64,000 bases of DNA from Candidatus Saccharimonadales bacterium (GTDB lineage Bacteria > Patescibacteriota > Saccharimonadia > Saccharimonadales > UBA4665): NCBI GenBank assembly GCA_035758825.1, contig DASTWA010000009.1, positions 417 to 64,416 of the forward strand, given 5' to 3'. The translations under genes were made by a program, and so were the position numbers. Below are positions 36,243 to 45,745 of the stretch, in pieces. The notes under the pieces are model-generated. The model saw only the letters and a list, made by a program, of their open reading frames with translations, did no database searches and was not told the DNA's origin. Every line of letters begins with the position of its first letter. Position 1 is the first letter of the stretch.

Positions 36243-36973
36243 ACGGCTTAGTCCAAATACATAAACTGCGGGTACACCGCGGGGTCAACTTTTCTTTAAG
36301 CATTGACTGTCTTTCGCTGACTGCAGGAAAAACCATCTGTTTGGCCGGGCCTAACGGGAGCGGCAAGTCGACACTTATCCAATCCATCGCTGGCTTGATC
36401 ACACCCGACCAAGGTACGATTACGGTTGCGGGACAGGCAGTCAGCAGCAACCTCCGCGCCACCAGGGCAGCGATAGGCCTCATACCGGACGACGAAGATT
36501 GGCTCATCAAAGAATTGTGCGCAAAGGAATACTTTGCACTATTGGCCCGAGTTTACCGCGATGCGGGCGTCCGGACAGATATGGAGGCGCAGGCCCTCTC
36601 CCTATCGAGGGAGCTTATGTTCAACTCCTTTTTGCAGCCGCTCGACTCATTGAGCCACGGCAACAAAAAGAAGGTCCAAATCATTGCTGGCCTCATGCAC
36701 CATCCAGCATTGCTGGTGCTGGACGAAGTACGCAACGGCCTTGATCCACTGGCTATCATCGCAGTTGAATCACTCCTCAAGAGAGAAAAAAGCCGTGGGG
36801 CATGCATTCTGGCCGCCACCCATGACCTGTGGTGGGCGCAACGGACAGGCGATCGCATTATTCTCTTATCCCAAGGCAAAGTACAAGCCGACAAATCAAC
36901 AAGTTCAATCAAACGCACCCATAAAAGCGTCGAGGCAATGTTTATGGAGCTGAATGGACTGCAGACCGGATGA
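36239..36973 (+). CDS. ABC transporter ATP-binding protein
   Basis: 244 aa with Walker A GPNGSGKST, signature LSHGNKKKV, Walker B LLVLDE and an H-loop ATHD. It has ATGA overlaps at both ends. Confidence 0.9.
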   Translation: MNGLVQIHKLRVHRGVNFSLSIDCLSLTAGKTICLAGPNGSGKSTLIQSIAGLITPDQGTITVAGQAVSSNLRATRAAIGLIPDDEDWLIKELCAKEYFALLARVYRDAGVRTDMEAQALSLSRELMFNSFLQPLDSLSHGNKKKVQIIAGLMHHPALLVLDEVRNGLDPLAIIAVESLLKREKSRGACILAATHDLWWAQRTGDRIILLSQGKVQADKSTSSIKRTHKSVEAMFMELNGLQTG

Positions 36974-38247
36974 ATATCTACGGCGCCGTACTTGCATCCA
37001 CATTCGGTCACGGCAGAAGGCCATTGCGTTCAGCTGTGACCAAGCTTACGGTCATGGGCGTAGCCACGGCCGCCCTCGGCCTTGCACTCGCTGCCGGCAT
37101 TCCGCCGCTCGCCGCAGAAGCCTCAACATCCACTCATTGGTTCATCCGCTCGATCTTTGTCATGCAGGTGGTCACAGTCGCGTCCAACATGAGTGCAGCA
37201 GGGATTATTGGCAGCAAAGACCAGCTTGACCGGCTGCTGTTAACGCTCCCTCTATCCTCAAGACAGCAGTCCGTATTGCTATTACTCCCCACCCTTGTCA
37301 TTACCATGTATGGTCTCTTGCTTGTGCTGCCGTGTCTGTACGCGGTAGGCACAAGGATAGGGGCGCCGATACCCGTTCTCTTCTTAGGCGTATCCGTGGG
37401 TAGCCTGTCGGGTATCGGCCTTTTGCATGGGCAGCTCAGAAGCCCTTGGAAAATCCTAAGCATCCCTATAGTTATGTTTGCAGAGTACGGACTCTTGGTC
37501 TCGCTAACGAAGGATTCGTCATCGAATCCAGCCGCACTGCTTTCTCTTTGCCTGGTCGTCGCCCTTTTATGCTTGGCGGCACTGGGTACAGCCAGCCGTA
37601 TCCGGGCCGAACTGACTGACGCGGCAAGATCAAAACAGCTACGCTTCGTTCAGCATACAGGGTGCCTCTGGGCGATCAAAAAAATCTGGCGGTTTCGAAC
37701 CATGAGGGTCGGCTTTGGGGCAGCGCTGGCCTTGTCGGCGATCATAGCTTTTCTTGCCAAAAAATACCATCTGGACGCTGATCCTTCCCTGGCGACCCTA
37801 GGCCAGTTATTGGCCGCCTCCTACACCTCGGATGCCCGCACGGCAGCCAGAAAGCAAACGCCTTTTGAGGTGGCGGGCCTTAAAGGTAGCTTTGCCCTTG
37901 TAACAAGACTACTCCTTCCGGCTCTGCTAGGGGCGCTCCTGTCCACCGCGCCGCTCACAGTCTTACTGTCCAGCACATCGCCGGCGCACGCGCCAATAAT
38001 TCTGTTACAGATTACTTCGGGAGCATGTCTCGGATTTATGTGCGGATTCTTGCTTGCTCCCGAACGAAGGGATGTCAGTGCCCAAATTGCCGCAGCGCTC
38101 ATGTGCGTCGCTTTGGCCATCCTGCCACAACGACTGACGATACTTAGCGGGCAGCACCCGGCCATCTTTTTCGGCGCTCTGGCGATAATCGGGTCTGTCG
38201 TCGCGATTATCGCCGAAAGAAAGCGTAATACATTTATATGGAGGTAA
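36970..38247 (+). CDS. polytopic membrane protein, probable ABC permease partner
   Basis: 425 aa with roughly 10-12 hydrophobic helices. It is translationally coupled to the ATPase gene. Confidence 0.65.
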   Translation: MNIYGAVLASTFGHGRRPLRSAVTKLTVMGVATAALGLALAAGIPPLAAEASTSTHWFIRSIFVMQVVTVASNMSAAGIIGSKDQLDRLLLTLPLSSRQQSVLLLLPTLVITMYGLLLVLPCLYAVGTRIGAPIPVLFLGVSVGSLSGIGLLHGQLRSPWKILSIPIVMFAEYGLLVSLTKDSSSNPAALLSLCLVVALLCLAALGTASRIRAELTDAARSKQLRFVQHTGCLWAIKKIWRFRTMRVGFGAALALSAIIAFLAKKYHLDADPSLATLGQLLAASYTSDARTAARKQTPFEVAGLKGSFALVTRLLLPALLGALLSTAPLTVLLSSTSPAHAPIILLQITSGACLGFMCGFLLAPERRDVSAQIAAALMCVALAILPQRLTILSGQHPAIFFGALAIIGSVVAIIAERKRNTFIWR

Positions 38248-38248
38248 T

Positions 38249-38584
38249 ATGTTTCACTTCAACCTACAAAAAATAGTCCGGGCAGCTGGACTGGGGCTCT
38301 TTGTCGGTCTGGTCTTCTGGTTTGGTGCCTTATGTTTTGCGGCTAATTCCGTGAACAGGTCGTCCAAAGACGTGACCTACCGGTTGCGCGCCGGGCCACT
38401 ACTCCTTAACACCATCCAACGGAAAACGACTGACAAGGGCACAGAAGCCAGCATCAGCGTTCACTGGGGGCTGGCAAGCTTCGTTGGATGTACTGCAGCA
38501 GTAACTTCGGCAATAGTCACTGTAAGCCAAAAATTTGGCATTACTCGGTATAAATCGGCGGGTCGCCCTGTTCGGGAGTCGTAA
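38249..38584 (+). CDS. small 2-TM membrane protein (candidate immunity/accessory protein)
   Basis: 111 aa, starting 1 nt after the permease stop. TM segments are AAGLGLFVGLVFWFGALCFAA and WGLASFVGCTAAVTSAIVTV. Confidence 0.5.
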   Translation: MFHFNLQKIVRAAGLGLFVGLVFWFGALCFAANSVNRSSKDVTYRLRAGPLLLNTIQRKTTDKGTEASISVHWGLASFVGCTAAVTSAIVTVSQKFGITRYKSAGRPVRES

Positions 38585-39164
38585 AGTGGACGCCGCTGTC
38601 ATCGACATAAAAAGATCCGCACGTATCTTGCTCCTGGCCCGTGTCGGCATAGACACCGATCGGCTTGCCTTCTACGGCGCTCGGGATACTTACTACCGTA
38701 CCGCTTAAGCCATTGCCGCCAGTAACGGGAAGGTCGTTACCGACAGATCCCTGCTGGTTGTATTCACGAACATGGTAGGTTACGTTATTGGCGCCGGTAG
38801 TGACTACACGCAAATTTAGGGTAGTGTTGCCTTGGGCATCTTCTTTGGCGTTTTCCAACGCGTCAAGCCTACACTCCAACGCAAGCCGTTCAGAAGATGC
38901 CGGTGCGGCTGGAGCGGAGCTAGAAGCATCGCCGCTTGCAGTCTCGAAAGCACGGGATTGATCAGGGGCTTCACCACCACCGCCAAAAAGGGATCGCACG
39001 CCCATTACACCAGCCAGGCCAAGGGCAACGCCCCCAATAAGGGTACGGGTGCGCCATTTTCTAAACTGTGTCGATAGCTTGCGTTCGCCTTTGGTGTCGT
39101 CCGCATAAGCTTGCAAGGCCTCAATAGCCGATGTTTCTGATCGTGCCGCTGCATGGTTTGCCAT
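38541..39164 (-). CDS. N-terminally membrane-anchored hypothetical protein
   Basis: 207 aa with a TM segment (LIGGVALGLAGVMGV), a Ser/Ala-rich linker and a beta-rich domain. It overlaps the convergent 38249-38584 ORF by 44 nt. Confidence 0.5.
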   Translation of the reverse strand: MANHAAARSETSAIEALQAYADDTKGERKLSTQFRKWRTRTLIGGVALGLAGVMGVRSLFGGGGEAPDQSRAFETASGDASSSAPAAPASSERLALECRLDALENAKEDAQGNTTLNLRVVTTGANNVTYHVREYNQQGSVGNDLPVTGGNGLSGTVVSIPSAVEGKPIGVYADTGQEQDTCGSFYVDDSGVHFTTPEQGDPPIYTE

Positions 39165-39239
39165 AGGTGTCTATCCTACAATAATTAGTCTAAAAAGTCA
39201 ATTACGAACACCATAGTTTGTCCGTATAATGCTTATGTA

Positions 39240-42047
39240 ATGGATGACTCGCGGCAGCTACACTATTACCGTCTAGACTCCAAAGCGGTCCTCAAGGAGT
39301 TAAGGTCGGAACTTGGCGGCCTAACCCCGGAAGAAGCCAAAGCGCGTTTAGAAAAATATGGCCCCAACAGTCTGACAGTCAAACACAAAGACCCTCTCCC
39401 TCTCGTCTATTTGCGGCAATTCCGTGACCTAATGATAATCTTGTTGCTTGCGAGCAGCATAGTTTCGTTTGCCCTCAATGACGTACGAACGGCTATCGTG
39501 CTTTTTGTATTGGTTATATTCAATACCACGATCGGCTTCCTACAGGAGTTCAAGGCTGGCAAAGTCATGGATTCACTTGAGCGGCTGGTAGTAGCCACGG
39601 CAAGTGTAGTCAGAGCCCAAAAACGAACCGAAGCTGCTACGGCCGACCTGACACTTGGCGATGTCATTTATTTGGAGGAAGGCAATGCGGTTCCGGCTGA
39701 TGTCCGAATAATCGAAGAAGACGAGTTCAGCACCAACGATTTTGCATTGACCGGCGAGAGCCAGCCGACACGCAAATTTGTTCACGCCATATCGAACGAC
39801 GTCCCATTGGCGGAACGTCATAATCTTGCCTTTATGGGCACGACAGTCGCCACCGGTCACGGCTATGGGGTCGTCATTGGCGTCGGTATGCACACAGAAT
39901 TAGGCCGAATCGCCAACTTGAGCCAAGGCATCAGCACCGAGGCCAGTCCGCTACAGAAAGAGATGAACCACATCGCCAAGCGAGTAACCCAAGGCACGAT
40001 GATACTCTGCCTGGCGCTTTTGCCCGTTGCCATTCATACCGGCCTGCCGTTTAAGGACGCATTTTTGTTCGCCATCGGGATTGCCTGTTCGATTGTCCCG
40101 AACGGATTGCCGGCAGCCATTAGTACTTCCCTTGCCGGAGCAGCCGGTAAGCTCGCTCGCGCTCGCGCCCTGGTCAAAAAACTATCTGCCGTCGAGGGCT
40201 TGGGCGCAACTGGCGTCATTGCCACTGACAAGACCGGCACCCTCACCAAAAACCAAATGACCGTAGAGCAACTGCTGATCGGCAAAAAGACATATAACAT
40301 CAGTGGTAAAGGATACGAACCGATCGGCGGCATACTTGACGATAACAATCTGCCGCTGCCCCCCGACGAAATCCAAAATCTGGGGCTCTTCTTTCAAACC
40401 TCGGTCATGGCCAGCAATGCACATGTCAACCCGCCCGACGACGAGCATGCCTCGTGGTACTGCATCGGCGACCCTACCGAAGGCGCTCTTGTTACCTTGG
40501 GCATGAAGGCCGGGTTTGAGCAAGACCATCTTGGCCACCACTACCCCGAAGCAAAAGAATATGCCTTTGACTCAGCCCGCAAGCGAATGAGTTCCGTCCG
40601 CAAATACGACGGGCGCCTGCATGCGTTCGTAAAGGGCGCACCAGAGAGTGTCCTGGAGCGCTGCGACCGGCTGTGGGAGAATGGCAAAATCCGCAAGCTT
40701 ACAGCAAAAGACCGGGCGTTTATTTTGCAGCAAAACGAAAAGTTAGCCGAGAAGGCAATGCGAAACTTGGGGTTGGCTTACCGTGATTTCGAAACTGGCA
40801 TCGGTATCAAAAAAATAAGCATGGAAACCGCCGAATCAAAACTTGTGTGGCTCGGTATGGCATCGATGATCGACCCTCTCCGTGAACAAGTCCCCAACGC
40901 TATGGAGGCCGCACGGCGGGCGCACGTCAAGGTGTCTATTATTACCGGAGACCACGCAACGACTGCCAAGGCCATTGCAACGCGCGCCAAGCTCACTGCC
41001 AGGGCCGAAGATATCGTTGTCGTTACCGGCGAAGAGCTCCAAAATCTCAGTGACAAAGAAGTCCTTCAACTGGCCAGCCGAGGCGGCGTCATATTCTCAA
41101 GAACCGCACCAGAAGACAAGTTAAGGATCGTCACACTGCTTCAGCATGACGGACAGGTCGTAGCCGTTACTGGCGATGGCATTAATGATGCACCAGCCCT
41201 GAAGCGCGCCGACATCGGCGTAGCAATGGGCGTTACCGGTACCGATGTCGCCAAGCAATCAGCCGACATCATCCTGATAGATGACAGCTTCAATACGCTG
41301 GTCGGCGCCATCCAAGAAGGCCGGGTCATATTCCAAAATATAAAGAAAGCCACCATATGTAGCTTTACCGGTAATGCCGCGGAACTAATGGTTAATCTCT
41401 TTAGCCTGGCGGCGGCTACCGCCCTCCACGTCCCGTTGGCCCTGACCATCATTCAAATTTTGGCCATAGACGTTATTGCCGAGCTGTTCCCCATTGCGGC
41501 CCTGGGCGGAGACAAGGCCGACAGCGACGTCATGCGCGAACGGCCCCGCGACCCGAAGCACCACATCCTCAACGCCCGCAGCATAGCCGACGTACTTTGG
41601 TGCGGCCTTTTGATCGGGAGTCTGGCCTTCTTGAATTACATGTGGTTCTTCGAACGGAACGGCATAGATCCGCAAAACCTGACCCCGAACACACCCATAC
41701 ACTTCCAGGCTACCGCCCTTACCTACCTTACGCTTATCCTCTGTCTGGTCGTCAATGTCATCCAGCGCCGAAGCAAAAACGGATTGTTTACCCGATACCA
41801 GCTGCATAACAAAAGCATGTGGGTCGCTATCGGCCTGTCGTTGTTCAGCATCATAAACATCATCTACAACCCCTGGATTTCGTCGTACTTTCACTCGGCT
41901 CCGCTGACTTTTGCAGATTGGCTCACCGCGATTGGCGCGACAGGCATATTCGTAGCCGTCCGCGAGTTCCAACGCTACAACAAAAAACACCATAGGCGAT
42001 CGGTATTAGCCCTGCACAAGGCACGGGCTACAGGCCGTAGCAGCTAA
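39240..42047 (+). CDS. cation-transporting P-type ATPase (P2-type, Ca2+/Mg2+-like)
   Basis: 935 aa with LTGESQP, the phosphorylation site DKTGTLT, TGDGINDAPAL and about 10 TM segments. Confidence 0.95.
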   Translation: MDDSRQLHYYRLDSKAVLKELRSELGGLTPEEAKARLEKYGPNSLTVKHKDPLPLVYLRQFRDLMIILLLASSIVSFALNDVRTAIVLFVLVIFNTTIGFLQEFKAGKVMDSLERLVVATASVVRAQKRTEAATADLTLGDVIYLEEGNAVPADVRIIEEDEFSTNDFALTGESQPTRKFVHAISNDVPLAERHNLAFMGTTVATGHGYGVVIGVGMHTELGRIANLSQGISTEASPLQKEMNHIAKRVTQGTMILCLALLPVAIHTGLPFKDAFLFAIGIACSIVPNGLPAAISTSLAGAAGKLARARALVKKLSAVEGLGATGVIATDKTGTLTKNQMTVEQLLIGKKTYNISGKGYEPIGGILDDNNLPLPPDEIQNLGLFFQTSVMASNAHVNPPDDEHASWYCIGDPTEGALVTLGMKAGFEQDHLGHHYPEAKEYAFDSARKRMSSVRKYDGRLHAFVKGAPESVLERCDRLWENGKIRKLTAKDRAFILQQNEKLAEKAMRNLGLAYRDFETGIGIKKISMETAESKLVWLGMASMIDPLREQVPNAMEAARRAHVKVSIITGDHATTAKAIATRAKLTARAEDIVVVTGEELQNLSDKEVLQLASRGGVIFSRTAPEDKLRIVTLLQHDGQVVAVTGDGINDAPALKRADIGVAMGVTGTDVAKQSADIILIDDSFNTLVGAIQEGRVIFQNIKKATICSFTGNAAELMVNLFSLAAATALHVPLALTIIQILAIDVIAELFPIAALGGDKADSDVMRERPRDPKHHILNARSIADVLWCGLLIGSLAFLNYMWFFERNGIDPQNLTPNTPIHFQATALTYLTLILCLVVNVIQRRSKNGLFTRYQLHNKSMWVAIGLSLFSIINIIYNPWISSYFHSAPLTFADWLTAIGATGIFVAVREFQRYNKKHHRRSVLALHKARATGRSS

Positions 42048-42892
42048 CTCCTCAACATATTTTGCACGCCGGCACGCAAGACGCGCCGCTTGGTTGGCTT
42101 GACCTTCTTTGTAAATACAATATGCGGATCGGCGGCAATCTGTAATGCCGTCCAGTTGTACATATCGGCCGCGGTTTTAACCGGCGCGAGCAATCGCTTG
42201 GGCAAATACCGGTACCCTTTCTCCGCTTCAGCCTGCCACTCGCAATAACGTCCGATTTGAACCCGTATAAATGCCTCAAAAGCAGCCATATGCTCCGGCG
42301 CCGGGCGCTCTAGCGACGGCAAGCCGAAGGCTCGCAGCTCTGATGCCGGAAAATAACATCTGCCGAGGGCAGCATCTTCGTCGATGTCGCGAATAAAGTT
42401 TATGTACTGCATCGCCCGCCCCAGCATGACGGCGCTGTCGTATCCGGCTGGATTTACGTTCATTATTTTACACATCATGAGTGCAATCACTTCGGCCGAC
42501 CCGTATATGTACCCTAATGTGTCTTCCAGCATCTGGTAGCGCCTGCCTTCCAGGTCGGATTGCATGGCATCAAGAAACTCCTCAACCCATGCCGGGTCAA
42601 AGCCATACGTACGCGACACGTACACTATATTCTTTACGGCTCGCGTCTGTATGGTATCTTCTGCTGCGGGCCGGTCGTCAAAGCTAGGGTTAGCAGATGA
42701 CAGCGCCCAAGCCCGACGTAGCGCATAAAAGGCCTCCGCGTCCGCCACGGCCGCATCGACATAATCGTCAGCTACCCTGACAAAGCTGTACAATTTAAAC
42801 ACATCCTGCCGGACATTCTTTGGAAAGAAGGCCGAACTCCAGAAGTATGTCGTACTCCCTTGTCTGAATATCGACCGTTCCACCCCTCTCAT
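42044..42892 (-). CDS. phytoene/squalene synthase family protein
   Basis: The start is set at ATG 42892 (MRGVERS…), 5 nt after the upstream stop. The Asp-rich motifs VADDYVD and IRDIDED are intact. Confidence 0.8.
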   Translation of the reverse strand: MRGVERSIFRQGSTTYFWSSAFFPKNVRQDVFKLYSFVRVADDYVDAAVADAEAFYALRRAWALSSANPSFDDRPAAEDTIQTRAVKNIVYVSRTYGFDPAWVEEFLDAMQSDLEGRRYQMLEDTLGYIYGSAEVIALMMCKIMNVNPAGYDSAVMLGRAMQYINFIRDIDEDAALGRCYFPASELRAFGLPSLERPAPEHMAAFEAFIRVQIGRYCEWQAEAEKGYRYLPKRLLAPVKTAADMYNWTALQIAADPHIVFTKKVKPTKRRVLRAGVQNMLRS

Positions 42893-42897
42893 ATTGG

Positions 42898-43983
42898 CTA
42901 TGCGGCGCGTCCAAGCAGACCCGCTGTCAGGCCACGCAGGAATGCCACCGTCTCCGGTTTCCATCTTGACTGATACTGTTCCAGCGAACGAACCGCCTGC
43001 TCGGCGTGGCCGGCAGCCATCGCCCGGGCGGACTCAAGGGCGCCGCAGCTGGTCAATATATGACGGCAGGCGGCAAAACCTTCGTCGGTCAGCGCATCGT
43101 TACCGAGGCATGACAGCAACAACTTCTTATCTTTTGCCGAGGCATGCCGCAAAGCGTACGCGATCAAGAGCGTACGCTTGCCTTCGCGGATGTCGTCCTT
43201 GGCATTCTTGCCGGTCTTTAGGTCATCGCCAAAGACGCCGATAATATCATCTGTAATCTGAAATGCCCGGCCGGTGTGGAGCGCATACTCGCGGATGGCA
43301 TTAGTGTCTTCGCAGCCAGCCCCTGCCAAGACCATCCCCACACAAAGCGGGTTCAGTACTGTGTAGTGTGCCGTTTTCCATTCCAGGGCATGCTTGATAT
43401 CTTCTTCGCTTACCTCTGGTGCTACTTCGTTTATGATGTCCGTCGTCTGGCCATGTGCGGTCGTTATCATCGTGGCATTCACAATACCAATCGCCTTCAT
43501 GCGCAGCTCCGCGTCTACGCTCAGGCCGGCCAAAAGCACCTGGGCAGCGTGGCCGCCGGTCAGCGCCGCATTCAGGGCCAGCGCGGCGCCCACGTGGCTG
43601 GAGTCGCCCTTGAGGTTATTATTCCGATGGTACGCAGCAAGCATTTCATGCACCGTCGGCTTGCCCCGACGAAGTTTGGACCTATCCTGGATGTCATCGA
43701 TAATTAGGATATACGCATGGATCATCTCGATGGCGGTTGCTGCCCGCGTAATCATGTGCCGGTCCGTACCGCCGCACATCTCGTAGCCGGCCATAACCAG
43801 CGCGCCACGGATGCGCTTGCCTCCTCGTCCCAACATGTCCAAATAGGCATCAGTCACAGCCCGGGCATGTTCGCCGTACTGTCCACCGGTCGTTTGGTGG
43901 ATATGCGTAGAGTACGCCTGGATGTCACTGTCTATGGCCTTTTTGTATGCAGCAAGCTGCTCGGTAAAAGGCAGGGAGTCCAT
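42898..43983 (-). CDS. polyprenyl diphosphate synthase (GGPP/FPP synthase type)
   Basis: 361 aa with first DDxxD (ILIIDDIQDRS) and second DDxxD (FQITDDIIGVFGD). Confidence 0.9.
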   Translation of the reverse strand: MDSLPFTEQLAAYKKAIDSDIQAYSTHIHQTTGGQYGEHARAVTDAYLDMLGRGGKRIRGALVMAGYEMCGGTDRHMITRAATAIEMIHAYILIIDDIQDRSKLRRGKPTVHEMLAAYHRNNNLKGDSSHVGAALALNAALTGGHAAQVLLAGLSVDAELRMKAIGIVNATMITTAHGQTTDIINEVAPEVSEEDIKHALEWKTAHYTVLNPLCVGMVLAGAGCEDTNAIREYALHTGRAFQITDDIIGVFGDDLKTGKNAKDDIREGKRTLLIAYALRHASAKDKKLLLSCLGNDALTDEGFAACRHILTSCGALESARAMAAGHAEQAVRSLEQYQSRWKPETVAFLRGLTAGLLGRAA

Positions 43984-43985
43984 AA

Positions 43986-44573
43986 CTATAAGCCCAGCGT
44001 TTCTTCGATCTGGCCTTTAAAGACATCCAAATCCGCGCCGTTATTTTCCATCAGGATGTCCGCGCGGTCGCGGACGGCTGCCATGTTGAGGACGGCGGCA
44101 TCAGCGCCTTGCGGCGGGGTCATTTCAGCCGCTTCTTCGGCCAAAAATTGTTCAAAGGTCTTATTGTCCTCTTCGTGCCGGCCTCGACCGCCCGAGGTAA
44201 TCCGCTCATAGCGGACCTTGGGGTCGGCGTCGACCCAAATCATAGTGCCGCCCAGTTCGTGGATCCGGTCGGCTTCGTAAGGGTTCCTAAGACTGGCCAC
44301 AACAACGCCCTGATATGTGGCGCCCGTTTCCTTCCAGGCTTGAACCGCACGGTCTACCAGTACGCCCAAGCCATGTTCACGCCGCCACTCCGCGCTTACG
44401 GTGCGCAGGTGCTCACGCTCGACAGGAAGGCCGCGGCGTCTGACTTCGTCACGAAGCAACTCGGTCACAGATACAAAAAGATAATTGTGGCGCTCTGCCA
44501 GCACTTCGCCCACCGTATCTTTGCCAGCACCGTTGGTGCCGGACAGACCAATAATTTGCAGCTTCTTATCCAT
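43986..44573 (-). CDS. P-loop nucleotide/nucleoside kinase-like protein
   Basis: 195 aa with Walker A GLSGTNGAGKDT. Its size and layout resemble dephospho-CoA or dNMP kinases. Confidence 0.55.
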   Translation of the reverse strand: MDKKLQIIGLSGTNGAGKDTVGEVLAERHNYLFVSVTELLRDEVRRRGLPVEREHLRTVSAEWRREHGLGVLVDRAVQAWKETGATYQGVVVASLRNPYEADRIHELGGTMIWVDADPKVRYERITSGGRGRHEEDNKTFEQFLAEEAAEMTPPQGADAAVLNMAAVRDRADILMENNGADLDVFKGQIEETLGL

Positions 44574-44581
44574 ACCGGCCT

Positions 44582-45742
<1,161 letters not shown>

Positions 45743-45745
45743 AGG

